Source: Bacteroidota bacterium
GTDB lineage: Bacteria; Bacteroidota; Bacteroidia; Bacteroidales; DTGW01
Direction: 5' to 3'
Length of the DNA: 55,104 nt
Assembly (NCBI GenBank): GCA_020049015.1
Contig: JAIFLP010000036.1
Span: 1 to 55,104, forward strand
The notes below the pieces were generated by a model. It ran no database searches. It was not told where the DNA came from and was given only the letters and a program-made list of their open reading frames with translations. The translations under genes and the position numbers were made by a program. Each line of letters begins with the position of its first letter. Within the stretch, counting starts at the first letter, position 1. Of this stretch, positions 1 through 7,990 are shown piece by piece.

Positions 1-2324
1 CACAATAATGCCCCATCTCCATCGCTATCATATTCCACTTCCATGGCTTTTCCCATGTTTACCTGCCAACTTATGCCCGCCTGACGGAATATTTCGTTCA
101 AATAATTCTGCAATTCGGGAACATTAAGGCTTTGGGGGATGAGGGGAATGAGGGTCAACGATTGCGTTTTGTCGGAAAGCGCACTGAGATATATTTTTCC
201 TACTATTGATTCTTCGTCTTTTTGTTTCAACACTGCTTCAATATAACTATCGCCGCCAGCAGGTTTTGCTCCTATTGATATTTCGTAATAACTGTCTTTT
301 AGCCACTGCGAAACCAATACATTACCCCTGTTATCGCGGAAAACAATACTTTCTTTATAATCCCTTGCATCTTCTCGGTTAATAAACCTTGCTGTGAGTT
401 TGTCTCCCGGCTTGTTTCCAACACCTTTCCAGTTAAACACATATTGTTTGCCTTTGTCGATGTAATTTTCATAACTTTGTAATGTTTCTATATGCTTGTA
501 TGCATCAAAGCCATATTGCGAGAACACTTTTTCACTATGCGGTTCAAACACCACCAATTCCCTATCAATCCTATTCACTTTTTTCAAGCCCACATCTTCT
601 TTCAGGTTTTGGGTGCCTTCCGATACCATCAAATTGCCGCGCTCTATCATACTTGCGGCAATTTCCAAATCGGTTTCATCTGGCGGTTCTTTCTTCATGG
701 CTTCCTTTTGCAAGGCTTCACCTTGGGCTATCAGCTTTTTACCTTCGTCTATTTTCTTCAGCGCGGCTTGTTGCTCCAGACTTAAATTGTTTACGTTTTC
801 TAATAAAAAGCCGGCTACGGTGGGGTCGGTCTTGGTCAGGTATTCAGCCATGTCGCTAACCAATTTAGCACTTTGTTGCACCGTTTCTACTACTTTATCT
901 CCGTCCATTAAATACCTGGGGTCGTACACCGATTTCATACTGCCCGCTATCAATTGCTTGGAGTCATTAAATTGTACATTCTCAAAAGTACATCGCACCT
1001 TAACACCAAAATTGCTGCTGTTCACCACACTTTTGCCGCTAAAACTGCCATCGGCATTTTTTACTACTTCAGTTATTTCTGCTTCAAAGCCTGCTACCAT
1101 TACCTTATCGCCTACTGCTAGGTTTTCTAAACGACTGGTTCTATCGGTTACAACATAACTGCTTTTTTGTCCGCAAGTATTGCTGATGGGTTGCAATGCG
1201 GGGGTTTTAAATACCAATTCCTCGGTATAGGCTCCCGATTGGTTCCCGCACAGCCCTTTTAGTCGCACAGTATACTGTGTTTCTGCCAAAAGTTTTTTGA
1301 TGGTATCGCGGGAGTACGAACTGCTCATGCCATAAAACTCAGTCCTGTTCTCGGGTTTAAATTCCAACGTATACGAAGTATGGTTCTGGGCACCATCCCA
1401 CTGAGCCAGGGCATGGTAGGGAACCGTTGGTGTACAACGAAAATTAAGGGGAATAGGGCATTCTTGTCCGTAGGTGAATGCCAATACCGTACTTTTGCCT
1501 TCGTTCTTGAACATATCCCTACCACCCGTATCATAAGCCCGCAAGCGACAGGCATAGCGTTTACCGGCTATTAAAGCAGGTTCGGCGGGTCCGAATACCA
1601 ACGACGACATATCGGTGGTGGTTTGATATAGCGGTCGGTTGAGCATGATGGCTTCATCGGGATTTTGATGATCGCCCAGCAGCTCCACCAAGGTAAATTC
1701 ATACTCGGTGCTAAAAGCCGCATTGGGAGAGCCTTTATGCATGGGTATCCAACTAAAAAAGAGGTATTGCGGGTCTTGAATTTTAAGAACACTATTGTGC
1801 ACCGGTATGGTCCAGCGAGGCGGTTCGTTTAAAACCAACCAAGCGGTAGCAGTAGCCTTGTTAGACAAGCGAACCCCGCGGCGGTATTCAAACACGGTAA
1901 TTTCAAAACGGTACACGCCCTCGGGCAAGCGACCTGTGCGGCGAAAAAGGGCTTCGTCGATGCCCTGAAAAATGAGGTTATTGGGATTGAAATACGGTGC
2001 CAGATCAGTACTTCCCAGCATATAAGGAACGGCACCGCTGAGTAAAATAGGAGCTGGTCGGTAAGAGGGATTAGAGATTATGCTAATGCCCTGCCCCATA
2101 ATAGCCACTTGCAAGTACACCTCCAGTGAAGCCTGCATGGGATCGTTGAGCAGCACCGTTCCCGATAGGATATCCCGTTCGGGAGACACAAAATCGGATA
2201 AAAAAACGGAATAGGGCGGACTAATGAACAATTGCGACTGCACCGGATACACCTGAGCCATAGCTGGAATGAGACCCTGCAAGCAAAGTAAAACCAATAC
2301 AAAATATTTTTTGGCTATGTTCAT
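1..2324 (-). CDS. Large secreted protein of unknown function. Only the N-terminal ~774 codons are present; the C-terminus lies beyond the left window edge.
   Basis: Absent from the ORF track because it has no stop inside the window. Reading the reverse complement from the ATG (complement of 2322-2324) gives MNIAKKYFVLVLLCLQGLIPAMAQVYPVQSQLFISPPYSVF..., with a signal peptide (AMA/Q). I met no stop in that frame down to position 1. An internal stretch (TYGQECPIPLNFRCTPTVPYHALAQWDGAQNHTSYTLEFKPENRTEF...YTVRLKGLCGNQSGAYTEELVFKT) looks like a fibronectin-III-like module. The track ORFs at 482-2302 are in other frames or on the other strand. Confidence 0.7.
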   Translation of the reverse strand, partial: MNIAKKYFVLVLLCLQGLIPAMAQVYPVQSQLFISPPYSVFLSDFVSPERDILSGTVLLNDPMQASLEVYLQVAIMGQGISIISNPSYRPAPILLSGAVPYMLGSTDLAPYFNPNNLIFQGIDEALFRRTGRLPEGVYRFEITVFEYRRGVRLSNKATATAWLVLNEPPRWTIPVHNSVLKIQDPQYLFFSWIPMHKGSPNAAFSTEYEFTLVELLGDHQNPDEAIMLNRPLYQTTTDMSSLVFGPAEPALIAGKRYACRLRAYDTGGRDMFKNEGKSTVLAFTYGQECPIPLNFRCTPTVPYHALAQWDGAQNHTSYTLEFKPENRTEFYGMSSSYSRDTIKKLLAETQYTVRLKGLCGNQSGAYTEELVFKTPALQPISNTCGQKSSYVVTDRTSRLENLAVGDKVMVAGFEAEITEVVKNADGSFSGKSVVNSSNFGVKVRCTFENVQFNDSKQLIAGSMKSVYDPRYLMDGDKVVETVQQSAKLVSDMAEYLTKTDPTVAGFLLENVNNLSLEQQAALKKIDEGKKLIAQGEALQKEAMKKEPPDETDLEIAASMIERGNLMVSEGTQNLKEDVGLKKVNRIDRELVVFEPHSEKVFSQYGFDAYKHIETLQSYENYIDKGKQYVFNWKGVGNKPGDKLTARFINREDARDYKESIVFRDNRGNVLVSQWLKDSYYEISIGAKPAGGDSYIEAVLKQKDEESIVGKIYLSALSDKTQSLTLIPLIPQSLNVPELQNYLNEIFRQAGISWQVNMGKAMEVEYDSDGDGALL

Positions 2325-2444
2325 GGGGCTAAAGTTAAAAATTATATGCATAACCAAGGGTAAAAGTGAGTTCGAAAAACAATTGGGATGCAAATGACTT
2401 CATTATGAACAATTTGAATGCTTGGAAAATTTGATTTTTTTTAC

Positions 2445-2452
2445 TATATTTG
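2445..2452 (+). promoter_or_regulatory. Candidate Bacteroidota -7 promoter box (TATATTTG) for the small-protein/ParE-like operon
   Basis: Matches the TAnnTTTG consensus about 90 nt upstream of the 2539 start. A bulged hairpin (atcaggcgaa-aac-ttcgctgat) follows it. Confidence 0.35.
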
Positions 2453-2538
2453 TAACATTCTGTAGTGATTTAATATATAAAATAATCAGGCGAAAACTTC
2501 GCTGATTTTCAACCGATTTTAGTTAAATAATACCAGAT

Positions 2539-2751
2539 ATGATGCATACTTTAACAATAGACATAATAAACGATAAAGCGGTTAAACTCCTAGAGGATTT
2601 AGAACTATTGCAGCATATCCGTGTACATAAAGAAAATACAGTGGCTGCAACAGCAACTAGTTGGGCTGCTAAATATAAGGGAGCTATGCACAAACAACCT
2701 CTTAATGAAATTGACAACCAATTAAATGATCTCCGAAACTCATGGAACTAA
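2539..2751 (+). CDS. Small antitoxin-like protein (70 aa), paralogous at its N-terminus to the next gene
   Basis: MMHTLTIDIINDKAVKLLEDLELLQHIRV... shares its N-terminal pattern with MQTILIELKNNKAFEELHLLEEKNFIRIV of the next ORF. Size and position upstream of a RelE/ParE-type gene fit an antitoxin. Confidence 0.45.
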   Translation: MMHTLTIDIINDKAVKLLEDLELLQHIRVHKENTVAATATSWAAKYKGAMHKQPLNEIDNQLNDLRNSWN

Positions 2752-2819
2752 AATATATTTGGGATTCCAACACGGGACTTAAAAAACAAAAATGCTTACG
2801 CACATTAAACCTTGAAGCT

Positions 2820-3068
2820 ATGCAAACAATACTAATAGAACTTAAAAATAATAAAGCTTTCGAAGAACTGCATCTTCTCGAAGAAAAAAACTTTATCCGT
2901 ATCGTGAACGAGGATTTTTCTTCGTATTCATTGCCTGGAAAGCCAATAAACGAAGATGAGTTCCGCGCATGGGCAGAGTATGCAGAGAACACGCCAACGG
3001 TAAGCCTTAACGAAGCCAAACAACGATGGGAAGCACAGAAGAAAAAACTACAAGGCCTTATACGGTAA
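2820..3068 (+). CDS. Putative antitoxin partner of the ParE-like gene (83 aa from the internal Met)
   Basis: The track ORF 2742-3068 is trimmed to the ATG at 2820 because the conserved N-terminal motif starts there. It lies immediately upstream of, and overlaps, the RelE/ParE-like reading frame. Confidence 0.5.
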   Translation: MQTILIELKNNKAFEELHLLEEKNFIRIVNEDFSSYSLPGKPINEDEFRAWAEYAENTPTVSLNEAKQRWEAQKKKLQGLIR

Positions 3069-3376
3069 GAGTAACCGATAATGCCCTGCAAAATGTTGAT
3101 GATATAACGGGCTACATCGCCTAAATTAACCACCAGCCATCAAACGCAATTCGCGTGGGTGATGCCATTTACGATACCATTGACCGTATTGGAAAAAATC
3201 CTTTTGCTTTCCGTGAATGCGATGAAATGCCAACCAAAAACAAAATCTATCGGAAAGCTGTTTGCCAAAACTGGCTTATTATATACCGTATTAAACCAAC
3301 CGAGGTGGTAATAATCGGCATATTGTATGCTTCCCGCAGGGCTTCGAAGGTTAGGGGATTAAGGAAAATAAAGTGA
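3026..3376 (+). pseudogene. RelE/ParE-family toxin gene interrupted by an in-frame TAA
   Basis: One frame reads MGSTEEKTTRPYTVRVTDNALQNVDDITGYIA-TAA(3122-3124)-INHQPSNAIRVGDAIYDTIDRIGKNPFAFRECDEMPTKNKIYRKAVCQNWLIIYRIKPTEVVIIGILYASR... Both halves resemble a ParE/RelE toxin of about 100 aa. The track shows only the C-terminal part, from a GTG at 3155. Confidence 0.6.
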
Positions 3377-3392
3377 TGCATGGAATAATCAA

Positions 3393-3743
3393 TCAAGCTA
3401 ATAAAACCTCTGCAGGTATTTTGAGTCCTTTGTAAAGAGATTTTATCATCCCTAATGTTAACTCTCGTTTTCTATTTAGAATTTCACTTACTCTACTTTG
3501 ACTGCCGAGGTATTTCACCATCTCTGATTTGCTCATTCCCATTTGCTCCATACGAAATTTTATAGCATCAATTGGGTCTGGAGGAAAAATTGGGAAATGT
3601 TTCAGCTCGTATGACTCAACTAATGTTACCAATATATCAAGTTCATCACCTTCTATAGTATCCTTTTTTGATCCCCATAATTCATCAATTCTATGTAATG
3701 CGGTATGGTAATCATTTTCCGTTTTTATTGGTCTTATTTCCAT
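3393..3743 (-). CDS. higA: HigA-type antitoxin (XRE-family HTH at the C-terminus)
   Basis: 116 aa. MEIRPIKTENDYHTALHRIDELW... followed by an HTH (MSKSEMVKYLGSQSRVSEILNRKRELTLGMIKSL). Lies 3 nt downstream of a HigB-like gene, in the toxin-first order typical of higBA. Confidence 0.85.
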   Translation of the reverse strand: MEIRPIKTENDYHTALHRIDELWGSKKDTIEGDELDILVTLVESYELKHFPIFPPDPIDAIKFRMEQMGMSKSEMVKYLGSQSRVSEILNRKRELTLGMIKSLYKGLKIPAEVLLA

Positions 3744-3745
3744 AA

Positions 3746-4045
3746 TTAAATCGTTTTTGAATTAATTTTATCATATTGTTTATGAGTTCCTATAAATCTT
3801 ATAAAGATTACTTGGAATTCATAATCAATCGCAACTACTAATCGATAATCATTACCTTTTATATTGAAAACTACTCTACCGTCTCCGACAATACTCGCGT
3901 TTTTAAATTGTCTTTTTAATTCATTAGAGTTTTTCCATGTTGCTAATTTTGCTTCATGATACCATGCTCTCAATGAAACCTCAGAATCCGAATATTCAGA
4001 TTTCTCAAAAAAATCCCGAAGAGTCTTAAAGGCAATAATTCTCAT
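3746..4045 (-). CDS. higB: HigB-type toxin (RelE superfamily mRNA interferase)
   Basis: MRIIAFKTLRDFFEKSEYSDSEVSLRAWYHEAKLATWKNSNELKRQFKNASIVGDGRVVFNIKGNDYRLVVAIDYEFQVIFIRFIGTHKQYDKI is typical of HigB. The start is moved from the track's TTG (4060) to the ATG at 4045. A TATATTTG box sits just upstream on the minus strand. Confidence 0.85.
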   Translation of the reverse strand: MRIIAFKTLRDFFEKSEYSDSEVSLRAWYHEAKLATWKNSNELKRQFKNASIVGDGRVVFNIKGNDYRLVVAIDYEFQVIFIRFIGTHKQYDKINSKTI

Positions 4046-4227
4046 GGTGCAAATATACAATAAAACAAGACAGATTTCCCGTTTTGGGATATAAATATTT
4101 ATACTATGTCAATGTTTTCTATATCAATGTACTCCAGCATAGATTTATGTCTAATGGATTTTCTCCTTTGCAATATTTCAATATTTTTTATCGGACAAAA
4201 TTGATTCTTTATTTTAAATTTTATTTA

Positions 4228-4400
4228 TAGTAGGCAAAAGCCTACTATGATAGGTTCGACTCAGGCATGTAGCCTAATCAGAACGTGGGTTTTATCCCGC
4301 AACGCTTTTATTTTCATGACTACGGCTGCATTTTATTTATGCAGCAAGATGCCGCAAATGATTCGACGTAGTGAGACGCTTCTCCGAACGGAGACTTTTT
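4228..4400 (+). ncRNA. Candidate structured small RNA or REP-like element; family not recognised
   Basis: A locally GC-richer core inside a 670-nt AT-rich gap. Contains an 8-bp hairpin tagtaggc-aaaa-gcctacta (4228-4247), a 6-bp hairpin ctgcat-tttattt-atgcag (4326-4344), and a terminal hairpin tctcc-gaac-ggaga followed by c+TTTTT (4381-4400). Confidence 0.25.
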
Positions 4401-4716
4401 AAGCAACATATAATCGTTTTGTGTTGTTGTTTATCATTTATTAGATTATATTTGTTGACTATTTGTTGCCCAAAATCTTTTAGCTTTAAGCTGAAAGCTT
4501 ATAAATGCTATGCAACATAGGAATAATTTTGGGTTATTTAGCATTAGCGCATTCTCAAATTTAGTATTGTGGAATATTGATAGACTATATTCCCTTAAAG
4601 CACATACACAGAATCTATACCAACAAGGCGAAGAAATTACATCGACACTGAAAATGTCAAACAAAAAGGTGTATGTATGAAAACAATTTAAAATATATTA
4701 ATCAAATTATTCACAT

Positions 4717-6951
4717 ATGAAACTTGCATATATCGGAACATATCCTCCAAGGGAATGCGGCATTGGTACCTTTACTAATCACCTATACAAATCAATGTTA
4801 ATTAATAATGGAAGTAAAAAATACAAACACGAGAGTTTTATAGTTGCATTAAATGACAACGATCTTACATACGAATACCCTAAAGAAGTAAAACTTACCA
4901 TCAGACAAGGACAACAAGAAGATTACTTAAAAGCAGTTAAATTCATTAATCTAAGCGGTGCCGATCTTTGTATACTTGAGCATGAATTTGGCATTTTTGG
5001 TGGTCAAAGTGGCATATATATCCTTCCTTTGCTTCATCGATTAACAATTCCTTTTGTTGTAACACTTCATACTATACTTAAAAATCCCTCCTATAACGAA
5101 AAGGCTGTATTACGGGAAATATGTAAAATGGCAAATAAAATTGTAGTAATGAGCCATAAAGCAATTGAATTTCTAATTAGTATTTACCAAGTTCCTGAAG
5201 AAAAAATTGTTTTTATAGAACATGGAGTACCTGCAATTCACTTCGATACTGAAAAATCAAAAAAGGAGTTTAAGCTCGACAATAAAAAAGTGATTCTTAC
5301 CTTTGGTTTTATTGGACGCAACAAGGGAATTGAAACAGTAATAAAGGCATTGCCTAAAGTTGTTGCCAAACACCCCGATGTTATATATATTGTAATAGGC
5401 AAAACGCACCCCAATGTTTTGCGACATTCAGGAGAAGAATATCGTGTTTTCTTACTGCGCATGGTAAAAAATCTTCATCTTGAAAATAATGTTATATTTC
5501 TGAATGAGTTTATAAATGAACAAGATTTATTTAAATATTTATGTGCCTGTGATATATACGTAACGCCCTATTTGAATGAAGCTCAAATTACCAGCGGAAC
5601 ACTATCGTATGCTGTAGGTGTAGGTGCCGCTGTTGTTTCAACGCCGTACTGGCATGCAGCAGAACTTTTGGCTGAAGGCCGAGGAGTACTTTTTGAGTTT
5701 AATAATTCCGACAACCTTACATCTGTCATCATCGACTTATTGGACAATCCAGAAGAATTAAAAAAAATTAAAAGAAAAGCACTTGATTATGGGCGTAAAA
5801 TTACATGGACTAAAACAGGAGAAAAATACATTGAACTTGTTGAAAATATCTTAGAAAACACCCATGAGGTAATTGTGGTAAAAGATACTGAAATAGATAT
5901 TCTTATTCTGCCACCTTTTTCTCTGGCTCATCTCAACCGACTAACAGATGATACAGGAATCATTCAACATGCTAAATTTGGTATTCCAAACTTAAAAGAA
6001 GGATATTGTTTAGATGATAATTCCAGGGCTTTGCTGATGGCATTAATGGCATACAAACAGAAAAAAGATATGCGTGCACTTGAATTATCACCTATCTACT
6101 TAAGCTATATTCATTATATGCAAAATGCTGACGGCACCTTTAGGAATTTTCTGAGCTTTAGCAGAAATTTCTTAGATGAAGTTGGTTCTGAAGATTCTTT
6201 TGGACGAACCATATGGGCCTTAGGATATTTGTTGGATAATGCGCCAAGCGATGCTTATTATCAAACAGGCAAATCAATTTTCTTTAATGCATCTCCAAAT
6301 TTTGAAAAATTAATCTCCATCAGAAGCATTGCAAATACAATGATTGGAGTCAGCTATTATCTTAAAAGCAACCCATCTGACGATTCAATGATAGAAAGGT
6401 TGCGAAATATGGCAAGTAAACTAATCAAAAATTATAGAGATAACGAAACCCCTGATTGGAAATGGTACGAATCATTACTGGCATACGATAATGGCATATT
6501 GCCATTGGCACTTCTGCATTCGGCAAAAATTCTAAACGACAGTAAAATAACTGAAATTGCAATTGAATCAATGGACTTTCTTACCAACCATACACTTAAA
6601 AATAATTACTTATCAATAATAGGAAATGAAAATTGGTATAAAAAAGATGGGAAACGTTCTGTTTTTGCCCAACAGCCTATTGATGCCATGGCAATGGTTT
6701 TAATGTATCATCAGGCATTTCGTTTAACAAAAAATAAAGATTACCTAAATAAACTTTACACTTCATTTTTATGGTTCTTGGGTGAAAATGATTTAAGAAT
6801 GAGCCTATATGATTTTGAAACCAAAGGTTGCTGCGATGGCTTTGAACATTATGGGGTAAATAGGAATCAGGGAGCAGAAAGTTTGTTGGCATATTTAATT
6901 TCTCATTTAACCGTATTAGAAGCTTATGAAGAATTTCACGAATCAATATAA
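4717..6951 (+). CDS. Family-4-type glycosyltransferase fused to a ~360-aa C-terminal alpha-helical (toroid-like) domain
   Basis: 744 aa with no signal peptide. The N-terminal half has a GT-B/GT4 layout (MKLAYIGTYPPRECGIGTF..., GFIGRNKGIETVIKALPKV, YVTPYLNEAQITSGTLSYAVGVGAAVVSTPY). The C-terminal half is rich in W/Y/D repeats (FGRTIWALGYLL, LLAYDNGILPLALL, QPIDAMAMVLMY). Confidence 0.8.
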   Translation: MKLAYIGTYPPRECGIGTFTNHLYKSMLINNGSKKYKHESFIVALNDNDLTYEYPKEVKLTIRQGQQEDYLKAVKFINLSGADLCILEHEFGIFGGQSGIYILPLLHRLTIPFVVTLHTILKNPSYNEKAVLREICKMANKIVVMSHKAIEFLISIYQVPEEKIVFIEHGVPAIHFDTEKSKKEFKLDNKKVILTFGFIGRNKGIETVIKALPKVVAKHPDVIYIVIGKTHPNVLRHSGEEYRVFLLRMVKNLHLENNVIFLNEFINEQDLFKYLCACDIYVTPYLNEAQITSGTLSYAVGVGAAVVSTPYWHAAELLAEGRGVLFEFNNSDNLTSVIIDLLDNPEELKKIKRKALDYGRKITWTKTGEKYIELVENILENTHEVIVVKDTEIDILILPPFSLAHLNRLTDDTGIIQHAKFGIPNLKEGYCLDDNSRALLMALMAYKQKKDMRALELSPIYLSYIHYMQNADGTFRNFLSFSRNFLDEVGSEDSFGRTIWALGYLLDNAPSDAYYQTGKSIFFNASPNFEKLISIRSIANTMIGVSYYLKSNPSDDSMIERLRNMASKLIKNYRDNETPDWKWYESLLAYDNGILPLALLHSAKILNDSKITEIAIESMDFLTNHTLKNNYLSIIGNENWYKKDGKRSVFAQQPIDAMAMVLMYHQAFRLTKNKDYLNKLYTSFLWFLGENDLRMSLYDFETKGCCDGFEHYGVNRNQGAESLLAYLISHLTVLEAYEEFHESI

Positions 6952-6961
6952 CAAATTATAA

Positions 6962-7972
6962 TTGAAAATAGCAATTCTATCTCCAATAGCTTGGCAAACG
7001 CCACCTGTAAAATATGGTCCGTGGGAACAAGTAGCTTCAAACATTGCTGAGGGTTTAATTGAACAAGGAATTGATGTAACCTTATTTGCAACAGGTAATT
7101 CAATTACAAAAGGTAAGCTACAATATGTTTCGGAAACTGCTTATGCCGAGAATTTGGAAATAGACCCCAAAGTATGGGAATGTTTGCATATTAGTAATTT
7201 GATGGAAAAAGCAAAAGATTTTGACTTAATACATAACAATTTTGATTTTTTACCACTGAGCTATTCTCGGCTAATAAAAACTCCGATAGTAACCACTATT
7301 CATGGCTTTTCGTCACCTAAAATACTTGCGGTATACAAACATTTTAATGCAAATAATTATTATGTTTCAATTAGTAATTCAGATCGATCTTCAGAGCTTA
7401 ATTACGTAGCAACTGTTTATAATGGTATCAATACAAAAGATTTTACATTTACTTTAATTCCAAAAGACTATTTGTTGTTTTTTGGACGCATTCATCCTGA
7501 AAAAGGGACTTTAGAGGCTATCCTAATTGCAAAAAAATCAAAAAGAAAGCTGATTATTTCTGGCTTAATACAAGATGAAAAATATTTTGAAATCCAAATA
7601 AAACCATTCATTAATAATGATGATGTTTTATATGTTGGAAATTCAGGAACGACAGAAAGAGATTTGCTTTTAGGCAATGCGTATGCATTATTGCATCCAA
7701 TAAATTTTAACGAGCCATTCGGATTAAGTGTAGCAGAAGCAATGTATTGCGGAACACCAGTTATAGCATTTAATAAAGGTTCGATGCCTGAATTAATTGA
7801 AAATACAAAAACAGGTTTTCTTGTTGATTCGATTAGCGAAGCTGTAGATGCTGTAAATAAAGTAAAATTAATAGATAGAAATTATTGCAGGGAATGGGCA
7901 AATTCGAAATTTAGTCAGAAAAAAATGATAGAAGGATATTTGGATGTTTACAGAAGGATTTTGTTGAAATAA
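6962..7972 (+). CDS. Family-4-type glycosyltransferase
   Basis: 336 aa, TTG start, 10 nt after the previous stop. Has the canonical EX7E region (NEPFGLSVAEAMYCGTPVIAFNKGSMPELIENTKTGFLV). Confidence 0.85.
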   Translation: MKIAILSPIAWQTPPVKYGPWEQVASNIAEGLIEQGIDVTLFATGNSITKGKLQYVSETAYAENLEIDPKVWECLHISNLMEKAKDFDLIHNNFDFLPLSYSRLIKTPIVTTIHGFSSPKILAVYKHFNANNYYVSISNSDRSSELNYVATVYNGINTKDFTFTLIPKDYLLFFGRIHPEKGTLEAILIAKKSKRKLIISGLIQDEKYFEIQIKPFINNDDVLYVGNSGTTERDLLLGNAYALLHPINFNEPFGLSVAEAMYCGTPVIAFNKGSMPELIENTKTGFLVDSISEAVDAVNKVKLIDRNYCREWANSKFSQKKMIEGYLDVYRRILLK

Positions 7973-7990
7973 GCTTTATATAAAAATATT

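Noticed and set aside
482-2302. Track ORFs on both strands (482-859, 492-785, 496-1158 on +; 1325-1555, 1571-1792, 1829-2035, 2078-2302 on -).
   Set aside because: All lie inside, and out of frame with or antisense to, the long minus-strand frame that starts at 2324 and runs off the left edge. Their sequences are low-complexity and Cys/Phe/Leu-rich, typical of shadow ORFs in GC-richer DNA.
4228-4400. Considered a tmRNA, a tRNA fragment or an att scar, because of GGTTCGACTC and a reverse-strand reading that ends ...LAA-stop.
   Set aside because: No acceptor or T-arm pairing can be drawn around GGTTCGACT. The would-be tag (..NHLRHLAA) is unlike the Bacteroidota tags I recall (GENNYALAA-type). 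The order of elements does not fit a one-piece tmRNA. It is kept only as an unclassified structured element.
4446-4664. Track ORF (72 aa, minus strand) in the long gap upstream of the GT operon.
   Set aside because: It shows AT-rich non-coding composition, has no recognisable features, and lies antisense to the likely GT-operon 5' UTR.
4061-4716. Searched for an invertible-promoter switch (flanking inverted repeats) upstream of the glycosyltransferase operon, as seen at Bacteroides capsule loci.
   Set aside because: Only weak 7-8-bp inverted matches were found (CCCAAAAT at 4469-4476 and ATTTTGGG at 4526-4533). No recombinase gene is nearby.
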